The position numbers and the translations under genes are program-made. Source: Lama guanicoe (lineage: Eukaryota). From it: a DNA stretch of 64,000 nt. The notes beneath the pieces were generated by a model, which saw nothing but the letters and a program-made list of their open reading frames with translations, was not told the DNA's origin and searched no databases. Shown here in pieces: positions 49,501 through 62,720 of this stretch. How positions within the stretch are numbered: the stretch's first letter is position 1; every line of letters starts with the position of its first letter. The stretch is taken from contig MU055744.1 of assembly GCA_013239625.1 (NCBI GenBank), positions 836,355 to 900,354 of the forward strand, read 5' to 3'.

Positions 49501-51249
49501 GCCGAGGCGTGGATCCCACCTGTGGGTGCATGTCTCCCACCCCATGAGCCTTGGGACGCCACCCTCCCACCCGACGCTCATCGCCCTCCAGTGAGGCAGA
49601 CGGAGCCGGGTCGCTGTTCCCATCTGACAGACAAGGAAGATGAGTAACTTTGACACCCAGCAGGTCGGAAGTGGGACTTCTGATCCTGTCCCCCCACTGA
49701 CCAGGCCCGGCTCTGAGAGGAAGTGCATGTCCTGGCCTCTGTCAAGGTCAGGCCCTCAGGGGCCCGGGGCCTGCCGGGTCATCATCGTGGACTGCAGTGG
49801 AGGACGAGACTTGCTTTCCCCTTGAGCCCAGGACGGGGCCAAGCCAGGACCAGCCTCATCATGAGGTCCCTGTGGAGGGAGGCAGGAAGTGCCGAGGGCT
49901 GCACGTGGCTTGCTGGTATGTAGAATGAACTTGATTTAAATTTTGGGACACATGTCTCCACACCCCGCAACCCAGGAATGAAATTCCATGCAGAAATAAA
50001 GGCGCCCCTGCTGTGTGGACACGCAGGCTGTCGTGGGCTGGGCTGTCCCCCTGCCAGAGGCCACCTGTGGGTCCCTCGTCCCCTGTGGCATCTCTTCCCG
50101 CTCTCCTGGTCACGCACCTAGGGCAGAAATGGGGAGTCAGCCGTCCAGGGACAGCCCCACGCCCACCCCCCATCTAGTGCACAGCCCCTGGGCTTTGAGC
50201 AGACGCTGTAATGGGATGAGACTCGGGAACCTCGGATGGATGACTGTCTGACGTGTGGGAGGGACGTGAGTCACCAGGGGCCAGAGAGCAGACTCTGCTG
50301 GACAAGTTCTAAAGTGGCTTCCATGATCCCAGGGTCCTTGCGTAACCCCTTCCCCTTGCGTGGGGGCTGACCTGAGACCTCACACTCAGCAGACTACAGC
50401 ACAGGAAGTGGGTTGTCTCTTGCGTGGTGCTTGACAGAATTCCATCTTGCCCAACGTTCCAGGAGACCGTCTCTCTTGCTGGCTTTGATGAAGGACGCGG
50501 CCGTAGGAGAGGGCCCCATGGGACTGAGGGTGGCCTGAGGCGGCCCCCCAGCAATCAGCAAGGAATTGATGGTGGTCTCTAGGGGACTGCCAGCAAGAAA
50601 CAGAAGCCCTCGTGTGACACCCCACAAGGCCCTGAATCTCCCAGCAACCACTGGAGACAGGGGCTTGGGTCCTTCCCGGGCCAAGCTTCCAGGTGCAGCC
50701 CAGCCTCCAGCACCCGATGGCAGCCCTGCCAAGGACCTGCTGTGCCCAGACCCCTGCCCTAGAAACTGTGCGACAACAAGGGTGTGTCATTTCACACCGC
50801 GATGCTGGTGCTAACACCTGCAGCACGAGGGGACATGCTGAGCGGGAGATGCTCACACAGTGGCAGCTATTTCGGACAGAGGATCCACCATGCCAAGTAT
50901 TTTAAATAAAATGATGGGGCTAAAGTGCACAAAGCACTCGGCAAGTACTGAGGAGCGCTAGGGCTCCCGAGACCCATTCGCCGGAGGGAGCGTCCAGCCC
51001 CAGAGCGCACTTTCGGGCTCCAGGCTCCTAAGCCATTCCCGGCTATGACTTGGGAACCTGCCTTGGCCCTGAGCAGGTCCTTCCTTTCTTTTTCCCGGAG
51101 TCCCTGGACCATTGGAAGATCCTCAAGCTCAGTTCTCTCTACCACCTCCCAGGGGCGTCACTGTCATATTTGCTAGAGCAAAGCCACCAGTCCCCTGGTG
51201 TCAGCGTGACTGAGCATCTGGACACTCAGGCTGCTCAGGTGGCCCTAGC

Positions 51250-51566
51250 CACACGCCGCAGACTGGGGGCCAGAGCAGCAAGGCCCTTCGCACACTTCCG
51301 GAGGCTGCGAGGTCCAGGATCAAGGTTCCAACCGCTTCCGTTTCTGGTGAGAGCTCTCTTCCTGGCTTTTGGAAAGCCACCTTCCCGCAGTCCTCACAGG
51401 GCAAAGAAAGAGACGGTCCCATCTCTTCTCATAAGGACTGCGATTAAACAGGACTGGGGCCCCACCCCCAGGGCCTCATTTAGCCTTAACAACTTCCACG
51501 AAGGCCGCATCTCCAAATACAGTCCCGCCGGAGCTGCCGGAGGGGTGGCACACTCGGTCTGTAACA
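51250..51566 (-). mobile_element. MaLR LTR (MLT1A-like), antisense
   Basis: 'ggaggctgcgaggtccaggatcaagg...tctggtgagagctctcttcctggctt...ctcatttagccttaacaacttccacgaaggccgcatctccaaatacagtc...gtctgtaaca'. Confidence 0.85.
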
Positions 51567-52499
51567 GACCCCATGGCCATCTGCAAAGACAGGCTGGGCG
51601 TCTGTCCTTCCACCACGGACAGGACCATCTACCGGGATGGTTTCTCTTATTCCTTTGATGGGAAAGGGAGGCAACACTTCCCAAGGTGTTCTCCATCAAA
51701 CCCCGCTGCGCGGGCAAGGGCAACAGTGTTTGCAGAGAAGATTCCATCGTGAAACCGGCTCAGGGTCGGGTCACACCAAGTGTGACAGGCTCTCTGCGCC
51801 TGGGCCGCTCTCCTCCGACAGACGGGCGAGGGACAGAGCCTCCGGCCCAGACACCACGTGGCCACTTGCCCTTCTGCGTCCAGGCAGTGGATCCCGTCAC
51901 ACCGTCCCCAAGGGAGTCAGAGCCTGGGGGGGAGACCCCCTCATCCAGCAGACAGATGAGCCCCGAGGGAGTCCGGCCGGTAGCATAGCCGGCTCCCGCC
52001 CCCTTGCTGCCACAGCCTGGCCCAGCTCCTGCCTCGATCCCAGTTGCCGCCACTCCATAAACTGCGCGAGAGGTCGCTTCTCTGCCAATCCGTGCGCAAA
52101 CCAAAACAAGAGGCTTTTCCTCCCTTCACAGGCTTGAAAGAGCATCGAAGCCCCGCCAGGGCACAGGCTGCCTGCTCAGACTCATTGCCCCAGGCCAGGG
52201 TGGGAGCCCCTCAGAGGGTGCGGGACGGGAGCCCTGGATCCTGGCAGGGGTTGGGGGTGCCCTGCAGAAGGCACAAGGGTGACCCAGCGCTCCTCTAGGA
52301 AATCATCGAAGCCTGGCCCACAGTCCATGCTCAAAACAGACGCAGCTGAGCCATGCCCAGAACGGGGGCAGCAGCAGACCGCAGACCCCACCCTGCCCGC
52401 ACAGAGCGGCCAGCCCCTCGGGAAGACGAACGAGTCCCGGGCGCCGGAGCCCAGTCTGCCCCGACGTCCACTGCCACGCCCAGCCCCGGGCCGTGTCGC

Positions 52500-53500
52500 T
52501 CGCTCTCGGCACCACTGTGACGCCCCTTCCACGAGGGACTGAGCCCTGAGGTCCCTGCAGGAAGTGTGGCTGGCGCGGGGCGCGGTCAGCACTTCCTTGG
52601 GGCCTCCCCCCTTCCTGGGGCCCACATTCAGAGTGAGAGGGGTTGGGGGGGCTCGCGTGGTTCAGACACCGCTGTCTAACGCTGGACGCTCCGTCGGGCG
52701 CACTCACCCCGCGCCCCCATGGAGCTGGGCAACGCCTTGCGGGCCTGCAGCACCTACAGCCGCTGTCTCTGCTCCGTCCGGGCTCCCCCTGCCCCGCGCC
52801 GTGTGCGCGCCTCGTACACATCTGCCCTCGCAAACTGCAGCTCAGCGTCCACACTCGGAGCACCTAGCCCGAGACAGTGGTTCCGAGTGGTCCGAGGAGG
52901 CTGTGTCCCAGCTGGTTGCCAGGGCACAGACGGCCTACAGGGCCCGCTGTGCTGGTGTCGCGACTTCGACCAGGAGGAGCTGGACGGTGTTGCTGCTGGA
53001 CGGGCAGATGGTATCTGCGAGGAACAAGGACTGATGGTCACGGCAAAGCCCGCTGGTGCTGCCCAGAAGGACAAGGGACCCCTGAGAGACCCCGAGGGCC
53101 AGGACAGGCAGTGGAGCCCAAGTGGGAAAGCCAGGGGCCTGCGGGGAGGGGACGGCTGAGAGCGCCCAGGATGCGCCCAAGGTCAGAGGTGGCCGGAGTG
53201 GCTGGACTCCACAGACAGCCAGACGTCCTACAAGGCGGGCCAGCTGGGCCAGGACCAGGGGCCTGCGGTGGGGAGGGTCTACACCATGACACGGGGGTGA
53301 GATACCCAAAGGTGCACGCTCTCCGGCTCCTCCGAGCGCCTGAGCCGCAGCGTAGCCCACCCCCCCGGCCCTGAGAGACAGCAAGCGCGGCCCCCGCCTC
53401 CCCTGCACGCAGAGCCCCATTGCAGGCTGACTCAAGGCGGGGCGGAGGGGGCAGCGCCCAGCAGCAGGGGGGCTGGCGTGTGCGCAGGAGACCGGGGTAG
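52500..53500 (+). mobile_element. Class III ERV (HERV16/ERV3-16A3-like) remnant: LTR 3' end (to 52876), tRNA-Leu-type PBS, degraded 5' gag
   Basis: LTR end 'cacctagcccgagaca' followed by 'gtggttccgagtggtccgag' (cf. gttggtgccaggagtggtccgag); 'cccaagtgggaaagccaggggcc' and 'ctgagccgcagcgtagcccac' resemble recalled ERV3 gag text. Confidence 0.6.
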
Positions 53501-56500
53501 GCGCGGGATTTGGCCTCTGTGCGCCGGAGCCAGGGCCGGATCACAGAACCGTCCAGGGAAGAGGCTGCCTTGGAAGAGACTTCGGGGTTGCGGGCCTTGT
53601 CCCTGGGCCATTGTAACAGCCTCAGTAGGGGAAACAGAGAGGCCCCGGGCCGGAGCAGGCCATCGGCTGCAGAGGACCACAGGCCTTTTGAAAGGCACCT
53701 CCTGGCGTGCCAAGGCCCTGGCGGGGACGGAGGGCCTGACCGTGGAACCCCAGGCCCTCCTAGGGTGGGGTCACGTGCCCTGGAGCCACTCTCAGCCCCC
53801 GCTGCAGACAGCACCCGCCTCCACTTGCCCCTGGGGGTTCTGGGGCCCCACACAGAGAGCTGGAGGAGGAGGGACCCCCAGCCGGGGTGCCTAGGGGCCT
53901 GCTGGGTGTGGGGGTGCCAGCTGAGAACATGCAGCGGGCTCCCCAGCTGCTCAGCTCAGCCCTGTAGCCCCCATCCAGCCTGACCCCAGACCCGCCCCCG
54001 CGGCCCCCGCCCATGCCCTCTACTCTGCTCGACAGACTGGCCTCCTTCACTCTCACAGCAACTTGGACTGACCTTTAAGGAGAGAAACAAAAGCCCCCTT
54101 AGAACTGCCTCCTGAGGGACATGAGTTTTCCTCAAAACTGAATTCAAAAAAAAACCTTTTCCACTTCCCCTGGAAGGAGTATCAAAAACTGCACTTGAAG
54201 CATTCTTAATACATGTCACAAGTGTTACAAACCTAAATGCAGCTAATTTTGTCCACCTGGTTTCTGTATTTCCCCAAATAAAACTTCACAAAGACCTAAA
54301 ATTCTTTCCCATTCCAGAGTGCATTCGCGAGCACATTTACAAGGGCGGATGCGTGGAAGCCGTGCCAGCGGGCGGAGGGCAAGGGGGGCCGAGGGCGGAG
54401 GGGGGCAGATCCAAGCAGGGAGGGGGCAGAACCCGGGTTTGGTTCCAAGAGGCAGAACACAGCCGGTGCTCGAATCTGATTTCATCGGAGCAGCCCTGCC
54501 CCAGACCCTGGCTCCCCGGCCCGGCTGGAGTTTTGCCAAGGGTGGGGCACCCTGGCCAGTCCCGGCCCAGGAGTCGGCTCGGCCCACCCCAGCCCCCACC
54601 AGGCTTCCCACAGGCTGAGTCAGTCGCAGAGGAGGAGGCAGTGGTCACCAGTGGTGGCGTCCAGGCCACAGCCGTCCTAGGCTTGCTGATGGCCGGACTG
54701 GGGGCCGAGTCTGTCTTGGGGTTGACACCAGAGGAGCTGGCAGGGGAGGCGGTGGCATGCGGTGGACAGACACCCCCGGGGCCTGCCTCCCATACCCCTC
54801 CCTTTCCGGGGCTCCGACCCCACACGGCACCCGGCGGCCCTGCGGCCTGGAGCTGCGTTGCCTGCCCCCAGGCCCAGGCCGGTGCTCTCTGGAACATCCC
54901 TTGGTGGGCCCCACCAGGCCCTGGGAAGGCGCAGTGCAGTGGTGGCCACAACCCTGCCCAGTGCCTGAGCATTCACTGTGCACCGACTCAGGCAGGGAAA
55001 CTGAGCCTCGGGCAGCGACAGCCACTCGCTCAAGGCTCCACAGCCCAGATGTGGCCAAGCCGGGACCAGCCTGTGCACCACTGAAGCTGGTGTCTGAACC
55101 CCCACATCCAGTCCACACCCACCTCTGGGGCACAGAGGGGCAAACCGAGGCGGCAGAGGAAGCCAGCCAGCGGCACAGGTGGAGGCCCCGGCTGACTGTC
55201 CACAGCACGCATGCTTGCGGTCCTGCTGAAGCCCTGCAGGGGCTCACGAGGCTTCCGGGGTCCCCAACTCTGGTAACGCGCGGGGCCCAGGGGGCAGCTG
55301 ACCCTGGCGGCATCCGAGCAAAGGGCGCACACCCTGGTGGGGAGAGGGCACAGCCCTGGGCGGGGAGGGACACTCCGGAGCAACTCCATGTCCAGGGCCC
55401 GCCTCCCCTCCCACGGCCCCAGCCTCCCCGGGAAGCCACCCAGAAAAGGAGGAGGAAAAAGTTCATTTCCTGAACATGCGTGCGGAAAGGGAAGAGTGCC
55501 GGCTTCGTCCACGTGGCAGTCCCCCAGCGCCCTCGGCCAGCAGCCTCACCCTGCAGGCTCCCGAGGGGTTGGGAGGGCCCTGCTGGGACAGCAGGCACCC
55601 CCTCCTCACGGCTGGTCCCTTCCTGCCCTCCTTGGCCCTGCAGAACCAGCTGCTGCTTCTCCCTTCAGCCCCGGGCAGGGGGAAAGGGCCCCGGGAGCCG
55701 GTCAGGGCGGGGGCCTGTGGGGCTCTCCCCCCCGAGGAGAGGCTCACACACCTCCACTGCCAGGACTGGGCTCTCCCTCGGGGCCAAATCCACGCCTCTG
55801 TGTGCGAGGTCTGCCCCGGGCACCAGGGACACAGCCGAGCATAACACATCTGCCTCTGCTCTGGGTCCCGGAAAGATGACAAATAAACAAGCACAGGAGA
55901 TGCCTCCCGCGCCTGAGGAAGGAAGATGTGGGCAGGAGACTGGGGAGCAGGGTGAGAGTGGGTGCCCACTGGACCCTCGGAGAAGGCCCTGCGCAGAAGT
56001 GGACACCAGAGCCAGCAGAAAGAAGCTGGAGATCTGAGGAAGTGCTCCAGGCAGAGAACATGGCAAATGCAAAGGCCCTGGGGCAGGAGGGGCTCCCAGG
56101 AGGCCAATGTGGGAGGGAGTGAGTGGGGAGGGGCAGGCGTATGTGCCATCCTCTCCCTAAACACACATCAGGCACCAGCTGTGTGCCTGGTTCTGCGGGG
56201 GTGGGGCTCTTTTCCCACAGGTTCGGGGTCTCCCTAGGGGACAGGTGTTCCAGCCGACGGTGCCCTGGGGCAGGTCACAGCAGGGTGAGAGGCCCAGGCT
56301 TACCTAGCTTGGCCCTCGCATCCATGAAGTGTACCTGAGGCCGACTTTGGGTGCCATCTCCAGGGCAGGCTAAATCCTCCCCCAGGGTCCCGCCTTGAGG
56401 ACCGGGGGACACTCACTGTCCAACAGCACTGAAGGAAATGCTGGTCGGCACAGAGCGACTCGGTGCGGCCCGGCCCAGGGGCAGCTTCCTGCTGCGGGGC

Positions 56501-56785
56501 AGCCCGTGCTGATGGTGCCCCCAGGAGGCAGCTCTGGAAGGTTCTAGGCGTTTGCCCGGCAGGTCCTCCCCGGCCCCGGGGGTCTGCAAGTGCCTGAGTG
56601 CCAGGGTCTCCCAGTGTGGGCAGCTCCTCCAGGGGAAGTGGTGGCCACAGGGTGTTTGAGGGAGGAGTGGAGGGGTCCACAGGAGGAGGGTTGGCAGGGC
56701 GCAGCCGCATCCCGAGGACAGTGGGGGGCGCTGACGGGGGCACTCAGGGCCAGCCATCCCACACGAGGAAGTGAGGCCCTCCCGG

Positions 56786-56832
56786 CCCCCCCCCCCCCCC
56801 CCCCCACCCCCCAGCCCCCCCCCCCCCCCCCC
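56786..56832 (-). repeat. Poly-C runs (poly-G on the minus strand, G-quadruplex-prone)
   Basis: Two long C homopolymers separated by 'acccccag'; lengths may be sequencing-error prone. Confidence 0.85.
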
Positions 56833-59721
56833 TATTGTGGATCCCCCGGAAGAAACGTAGAGTCACCACTGCTGCACCGACGGACTGGTGGGGCCCCACC
56901 GCGGCACAGGGCACACATGGCCTCGCAGCAGCCCAGAGCAGCGGGGATGATCGCCCCCTGCCACAAATGCCCAGAGAGGTTGCGCTGCCCACTCCCCAGC
57001 CACGCTCCCAGGCGCTCCCTCCGGGCTCAGCGTCCAAGTCAGCTGACAGTGTGCTCCGCCCTGGCACCCAGAGCAAGCTGCACCTGCTCCCAATATTCCA
57101 AGACAAGGCAAGTCAGCCCAGTCTCAGCACCCCTCAGGTCCCCAAACGGACAGCCAGTGGGGTGCCAGGGCAGGCTTCCCGAGCAGAGGGAAAGGAAAGC
57201 CGAGGGCCTCCCTCACTCCCGCGGAAGAGCCGGCCTCTCCAGTGAGTGCAAGTGCTGCCCGCCGACCTGCCTTCCTTCCCGGAGCACTTGCCCCTGGCTT
57301 CTCTGCGTGGGCCAGATGGGGGGGCCTTCCTCCACAGAGCCCCTGGGGGCCAGGGACGCAGGGTGCCCTGAGAACAAATTGCTCTGTTACAGTCTTAATC
57401 GGCGTTAAATCGGTCATCTTTGTAGAGGAGGCTGAGTTCCACGCTGCTGCTGAACATAGCGTCCCTGGAGCCTGACGGGCTCCTGGGGGCCGGCGGAAGC
57501 AGTGTGGATGACACGGGGGGAGACTCGGGCCATCCGCCCAGCGCGACCGTGGAGTGGGGAAGACCGGCGGGCGCTCGGCCGGGCTGGGCCCATGGGAAGG
57601 GCTGGCGCAGCCCCCGGCCCCGGGCTCCCCTGAGCCTTGGGGTCCAGCTTACTGCAGGGGCCACAGTCAGATACCATTCGTGCCCTCAAGGGCGAAGCCC
57701 AGCCCACCCGGGCTTATCCCCGGGAAAGCTGACAGTGGGGCAGGGCCGGGTCCTGGGGCTCCAGTCCCATCTGGGAGAGGACCCCAAGTCCCCCCCGGAC
57801 GCGACAGCCCAACACCCCGCTAGAGGCTGGACCCTGCCGGGCACTAGGACATGGGGGGACAGGCCGGGCACGTGGGGTGCAAATGACGGGTCTTCGGAAA
57901 AGCCTGTGTGGTCAGTGCCACAGCTTCCACTTTACCTTCTGGGAACCGGGGAGGGATGGATTGACCTGTCCCAGGTACCCGGCTCTGAATGTGGGCCCCG
58001 GCCAGGCCACCCTCTGTCGCCAGGAGCGTCAAGGCCCACCACTGGGCCTCTAGATGGTTCCTGCAAACCCAAAGCCCAGGGTGCTACCTGAGGAAGGAGT
58101 CCCTAACCCCAGCCCAGGACCCGCCTTGGGCCCCTGGGCTGCCAGTGGCCAGGCCCCTTGCTTGGGTGGGCCTCCTCTGCCCCCTAGTGTCAGCACTTCA
58201 GGGCTGCTGGCAGTCGCCCCCCACCCATCGGGGTCAGCGGGGCAGAAGGAAGGCCTATGACCAGGCCCCAGGCAGGAGGTCACGCTCACAGCCCCAGCTC
58301 ACCGGTGCCTGTGCAGCGGGTGTGAGCCCAGGCGCAGCCCCACCCACGGGCGTCCGAGCCGCACAGCCCCACGAGCTGTTCGCGCGCAGGAGGTAGTCTG
58401 GGGTTGGCCCACTGTGGTTGCCCTCTTGAGGTTCTTAGTCTCTTTGGAAGGAGAGGCCCACAAATTTTGCAGCCGGCCCTGCTCCCAGCTTTCACACCAG
58501 GTGGGTGAGACTCAGCCACGCCCCTGCCCCCACCGGCCCCGGCCTTGGCTGTTCATCTGTGAAATGGGTTTATGCCCAGTTCCCAGGGTGGTCAGAGGGT
58601 AAAGGAAACACAGAGCTCTGAAGCTCGTGGTGGATGAGGAGGGAATCTGGGAGGCCAGAGGGATGCGGGAAGAGGAAGTGAGGGGGGAAGCAGGGAGAGA
58701 GGGAGGAGAGAGAGGGGAGCAGGGACGCTAATGGGAGGAGAAGGCAGGGAGCAGGGCCAGGCCGGGCACAGGCGAAGGTGGAGTCCGCCAGGTCTGCAGA
58801 CTCCTCTCTCTTTCCCTCTCTCTCTCCAGCATTCCCCTACAACCCCCTGGCCCAGTCCCACCCTCACCCGAGGAGCTGGGAGGACTCGGCCCGAGTCCCG
58901 TGGAAAAGAAGCGGCTGCACATTTTCCGAGATGTTTTAAACATTGTTTTGGCAACGCCGCAACTCCTCCATGGCCGGAGACATCCTGACATGAAACAAGC
59001 CTGACCCGCATCCCAGCCCCAGGCTCCTCTGGCCTCCTCCCCCGGCCAGCCCAGGCTCCCAGCTGCCGGACACGCTGGGCGGGAGAGGCCAGCCTGCCCT
59101 CTTCAAATGGCCTCTTTCTGGGGCCAAAATACGACTCATGGCGAGTTTGTTTCTGTAGTTGCTAAATAGCAGCACTGCATCCGTGCGGACGGCTCCCTGC
59201 CCCATGCAGGCTTTCTGGGCCAGGACGGGGCCCAGCCTCGAGGTGCTGGGGAGAGACTGAGGCCCGCAGAGGCCCGCAGAGGCAGAGGAGCTTGCCTGGA
59301 CTTCAGAGCAAATGGCCGAGCTGGGGGCTGGCCCCGGGGCAACCTCTAAACAGCTGGGCCATGGGCGTCGGAAGGGAGGGTGCTGGCGTTGGGGGTGTCA
59401 GCCCTGGGGGCCTCCAAGCCTCGCCTTCCCCATCTGCAAGTGGTTCTGAACATTAAGGACCTCACTGTGCCTAAACTACCTGGCACAGGGCCTGACTCAT
59501 GGAGAGCAACAAAAAATGACGTTCAGGAAAGGAGGGCCCACGAAGGGCTTGGACGGGTGGGCAGGAGCTCACCAGGTTGGCTGGGCAGCGACAGGGACGC
59601 AGGCTGCGTGCGTGCAGCAGGAGGGAGGCCGGCAGACCTCTCCCAGGCAGAAGCAGGCCCGCCTCCCCACCCCCCCTCATCCCGGCTCCTCTCAACGTGC
59701 GGGGTTGTCTAGGACCATCTC

Positions 59722-60260
59722 CTGTTGGGGAGGTGAAGCTTCCCCCTGGGCTCTTGAGTGCAGTTGTGGAGGCCTGCAGATTAAACCAGCAAGAGACAGA
59801 TTACTGAGAGAAAAGATAGATCTTTCCTCCTGTACACGTGTACTCAGGGGTTCACAGAAACCTGAGACTCGGAGGCGGACTTAGAATTTGGGGCTTATAT
59901 GCCCCCTTCGGGTTACACGACGGGGGAGGGGAGGGGGGAGGGCACCAGCGGAAAGAACGCATGTGACTGTTTGGAAGGATAAGTGCCCATGGGAGGAGGG
60001 CGGGGCTGGGGCAGCTCTGCAGGCATCTGCTCAGGTACCGGGAGAGGCTCAGGGGAACCATGAGCCGTGTGGGGCCTCGGTCTTCATGGGAACAGACTGC
60101 CCTGGTGGCTCCGAGGAGGGGATTGATGAGTCAGATTCTTCTGAGTTCCTCTGGGAGGCTCTGCTCTGAGGCAGGTAGGAGAATTTAGGAACTCCGGTGC
60201 CTTCTGGTCAACATAGGTTTTTGCCACGGAGGCGCGTGCAGAAAGAAGCCCCGCACGGCT
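59722..60260 (-). mobile_element. ERV1 LTR (MER31/MER34-like), antisense
   Basis: Begins tgttgggga; 'gcagattaaaccagcaagagacagattactgagagaaaag', 'agaatttggggcttatatgcc' resemble antisense ERV1 LTR text. Confidence 0.6.
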
Positions 60261-62629
60261 CTTGTCCCATCAGGCGGGCAGGTGGCCACCGGGGGCTCGG
60301 GGCTCACTGAGCTCAGGCTGCCTCGGGGCCCGCTACTCCTGAAGGCCTCGCTCGGCGGCGGCGCTGGCCTCCTGGGGGCCGGGCTGCTCGGTGCTGAGAT
60401 GGCAGGACCCCCACCAGGCTCTTGGGGATGGCTGAGCCTCCAGGCAGGCAGCTGCCCAGGACGTCCCTGCTCTGCCGGAGAAAGAGATAACCGGCCCAAG
60501 CCAGGGCCCGTCCAGCCCCCACGGTGTACCTCCTGCTGGTGCCAGGGCCCTGGGCACCCTCCTCCACCCCTCCCACAGGGGCCCCCTGGCTCCGGCCTCG
60601 GCCGTGCACGCAGGTGGGGGCGGGGACAGCAGGGGCCCTTCTGCGGGGCCGAGGGAGCAGACCCAGCACCCACCTCCACTTCCCGGCCCCCAGCTTGGCC
60701 GCCCTGCAGGCCTGGCTGCCCAGCTGCAGCTCCAGACCTGGGATGAGCACGTGCGCGAGGCCACTGGGTCCATGGGCACTGAAGCCAGGGACGCGGGTCA
60801 GGGCTGGGCACGCAGAGGCCAGTCAAGTGAGCTGAGCAGAAGCAGGACACAGGGGCTCGAGAGAGGCTGGGGCTCTGACCTCTCTGCTCCACCTCCAAGA
60901 GGCCAGCTGGATGCCCGTCCTGCCCCAGAAGCCCCCAGACGGCCAGATGGGGCCCCAGACACCGATGCCCTCCACGGCTGGCCCCAGTGGGGTCAGGTTT
61001 TACCAGCATGGGGCCTGGCTGGGAGCCCCACCGTGTCTTGGGTGCCAGACATTTCCCCTCTGGGATAGCTCCGCCTCTCCCCAAGGGGCGTCGAGCACCA
61101 CAAGCCGTTCTCAGCCTCATGCCAGGTCCCCCCACAAGGACACAGATTTCCAGCACAGACTGAGTGCTCGGTCTACGGTGGGCTCTCCAGGGGCTGAGGC
61201 CACTAGCCTAGAACCAGCTGGCCATCTAGGCTCCAACCGAGGGGTCCCACTCGTTGGTGTTAACTCTGAAACCGGAGAGACCACCACTGGGAAATGGGCT
61301 TCGTTTCCTCCCGTCCCACTGGGCTGACAGTCACAGGCCCGGGGGCTCCCCCTCCCCCTCCCACTCCACCTTCACCTGAGCTGTGGACAGGGCGTCTGTT
61401 CAGGTGTCCCGTGGACACACACACAGGCCAAGCCTGGGGACACAGAAGGAGGGAGGCTCACCAGGACCCTCACAGAGGCCACGGCCCAAGGGTGGAAGTG
61501 GACGTCTGCCCTGAGTCCCGGGGGGCACAGAAAATAAGGGGGTGCAGGGGAGGCCCCCAAACCCAGCCAGGTGTCTCCGGGTAAGGAAGAGGGAGGCAGT
61601 GAAGAGAGAGCAGGGGCGCCTGGGCCACGGCAGCCCTCGGCTTTGGGCTCTGCGTTCTACCTCGTGGAGTCGGCAGACAGGAGAGAGGGTCAGCCTGGGG
61701 CGGAGGCGCCGCTGCAGGAGCGGGGGCCGCGGAGGGGGCCTCACGCGGAGGGGGCCCGAGGGCCGGGGAGGGGCAGCAGGCAGAGCAGCTCTCCCCAGAC
61801 CTGCTCGCAGCGGGAGCTGGAAGTTCCGGGCCAGAGACCCCCTCGCACCCGCGTCTCCCTCAGTGGACGTCAGGGGCCAAACAGGTCTTGAGCGCGAACA
61901 TCCTGCCCTCTTTCTACCTTTTTTATTTTTCATGTTTTCATGAAAAGGAGATCGAGTAACAGAGGAGGGATGTGGCTGCTACGGAGAAGCCTGGGACAGG
62001 CTGCAGGCCAGTGACCTGCCCAAGCACGAATCTTCTGGAGCCTGGGCTGGGGCTGGGGCCACACGCCCGTGGACTGACGCCCGACGGCCGAGGCGACCAG
62101 AGGCCGTCCTGCCTCAGCCGCCAGCGCCTTGCCGCCGCCCGGGCTACTCAGACCTCCTCCCCGGCCGGGCATTTCGCTGGCTGACAGCTCAGTATCTGTC
62201 TGGTTGCCCCCGGGAGGAGCCGTAGCCGTTCTGCTGCCAGAAAGAGGCGGACACACAGGAAACGCAAGGGCCGGGATCCCCCGGACCGCGCGGCCTCAGG
62301 GTGCGGAGGGGCCGCCCTGCTCCGGGGGGCCCTCCTCTCCCCGCCGCCCCGTACCTAGGGACCGGCCTCCCGCAGCCAGGCAGCACGGCGCCCGCCCTCC
62401 CCGTCTCTGTCCCCGCCGTGGCCTGCAGCGGGGAAGTCAGTCTCCCTTGTCTGCCTCCGCCCTCCCGCGAGTGGCACAGGCCCGCCCGGGCGTCCAGCCG
62501 CAGAGACCCAGCAGGCCGGCGTGTGCCCGGCCTGGCTCTGGGCAGGCTGCCGCTGCGGCCGCCCCGTCGCTCTGCTTCGGCTCCCAGCTGGGCGCTGTGC
62601 TGGAACCTTTGTGCCAGAGGAGGGGGTTC

Positions 62630-62720
62630 GTCTTTCCCCCACTTGACAGACAAGGAAACGGAGGCCGGTGAGCCCAGCAACATGCCAGAGGCCACGCGGC
62701 CGGAGTTGGAACACATGTCT
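62630..62720 (-). mobile_element. MIR fragment, antisense
   Basis: 'cccacttgacagacaaggaaacggaggccggtgagcccagcaacatgccagaggccacgcggc'. Confidence 0.6.

Noticed and set aside
52719-53159. ORF with homeobox-like 'PRRVRASYTSA', and a Tudor-like 'SGSEWSEEAVSQL' in another frame
   Set aside because: The DNA is better explained as an ERV3 LTR end plus PBS plus degraded gag; no WFQNRR helix or Tudor aromatic cage is present
54614-54770. Protein-like frame AESVAEEEAVVTSGGVQATAVLGLLMAGLG after 'ttcccacag'
   Set aside because: No convincing donor site, no recognisable homology and no neighbouring exons
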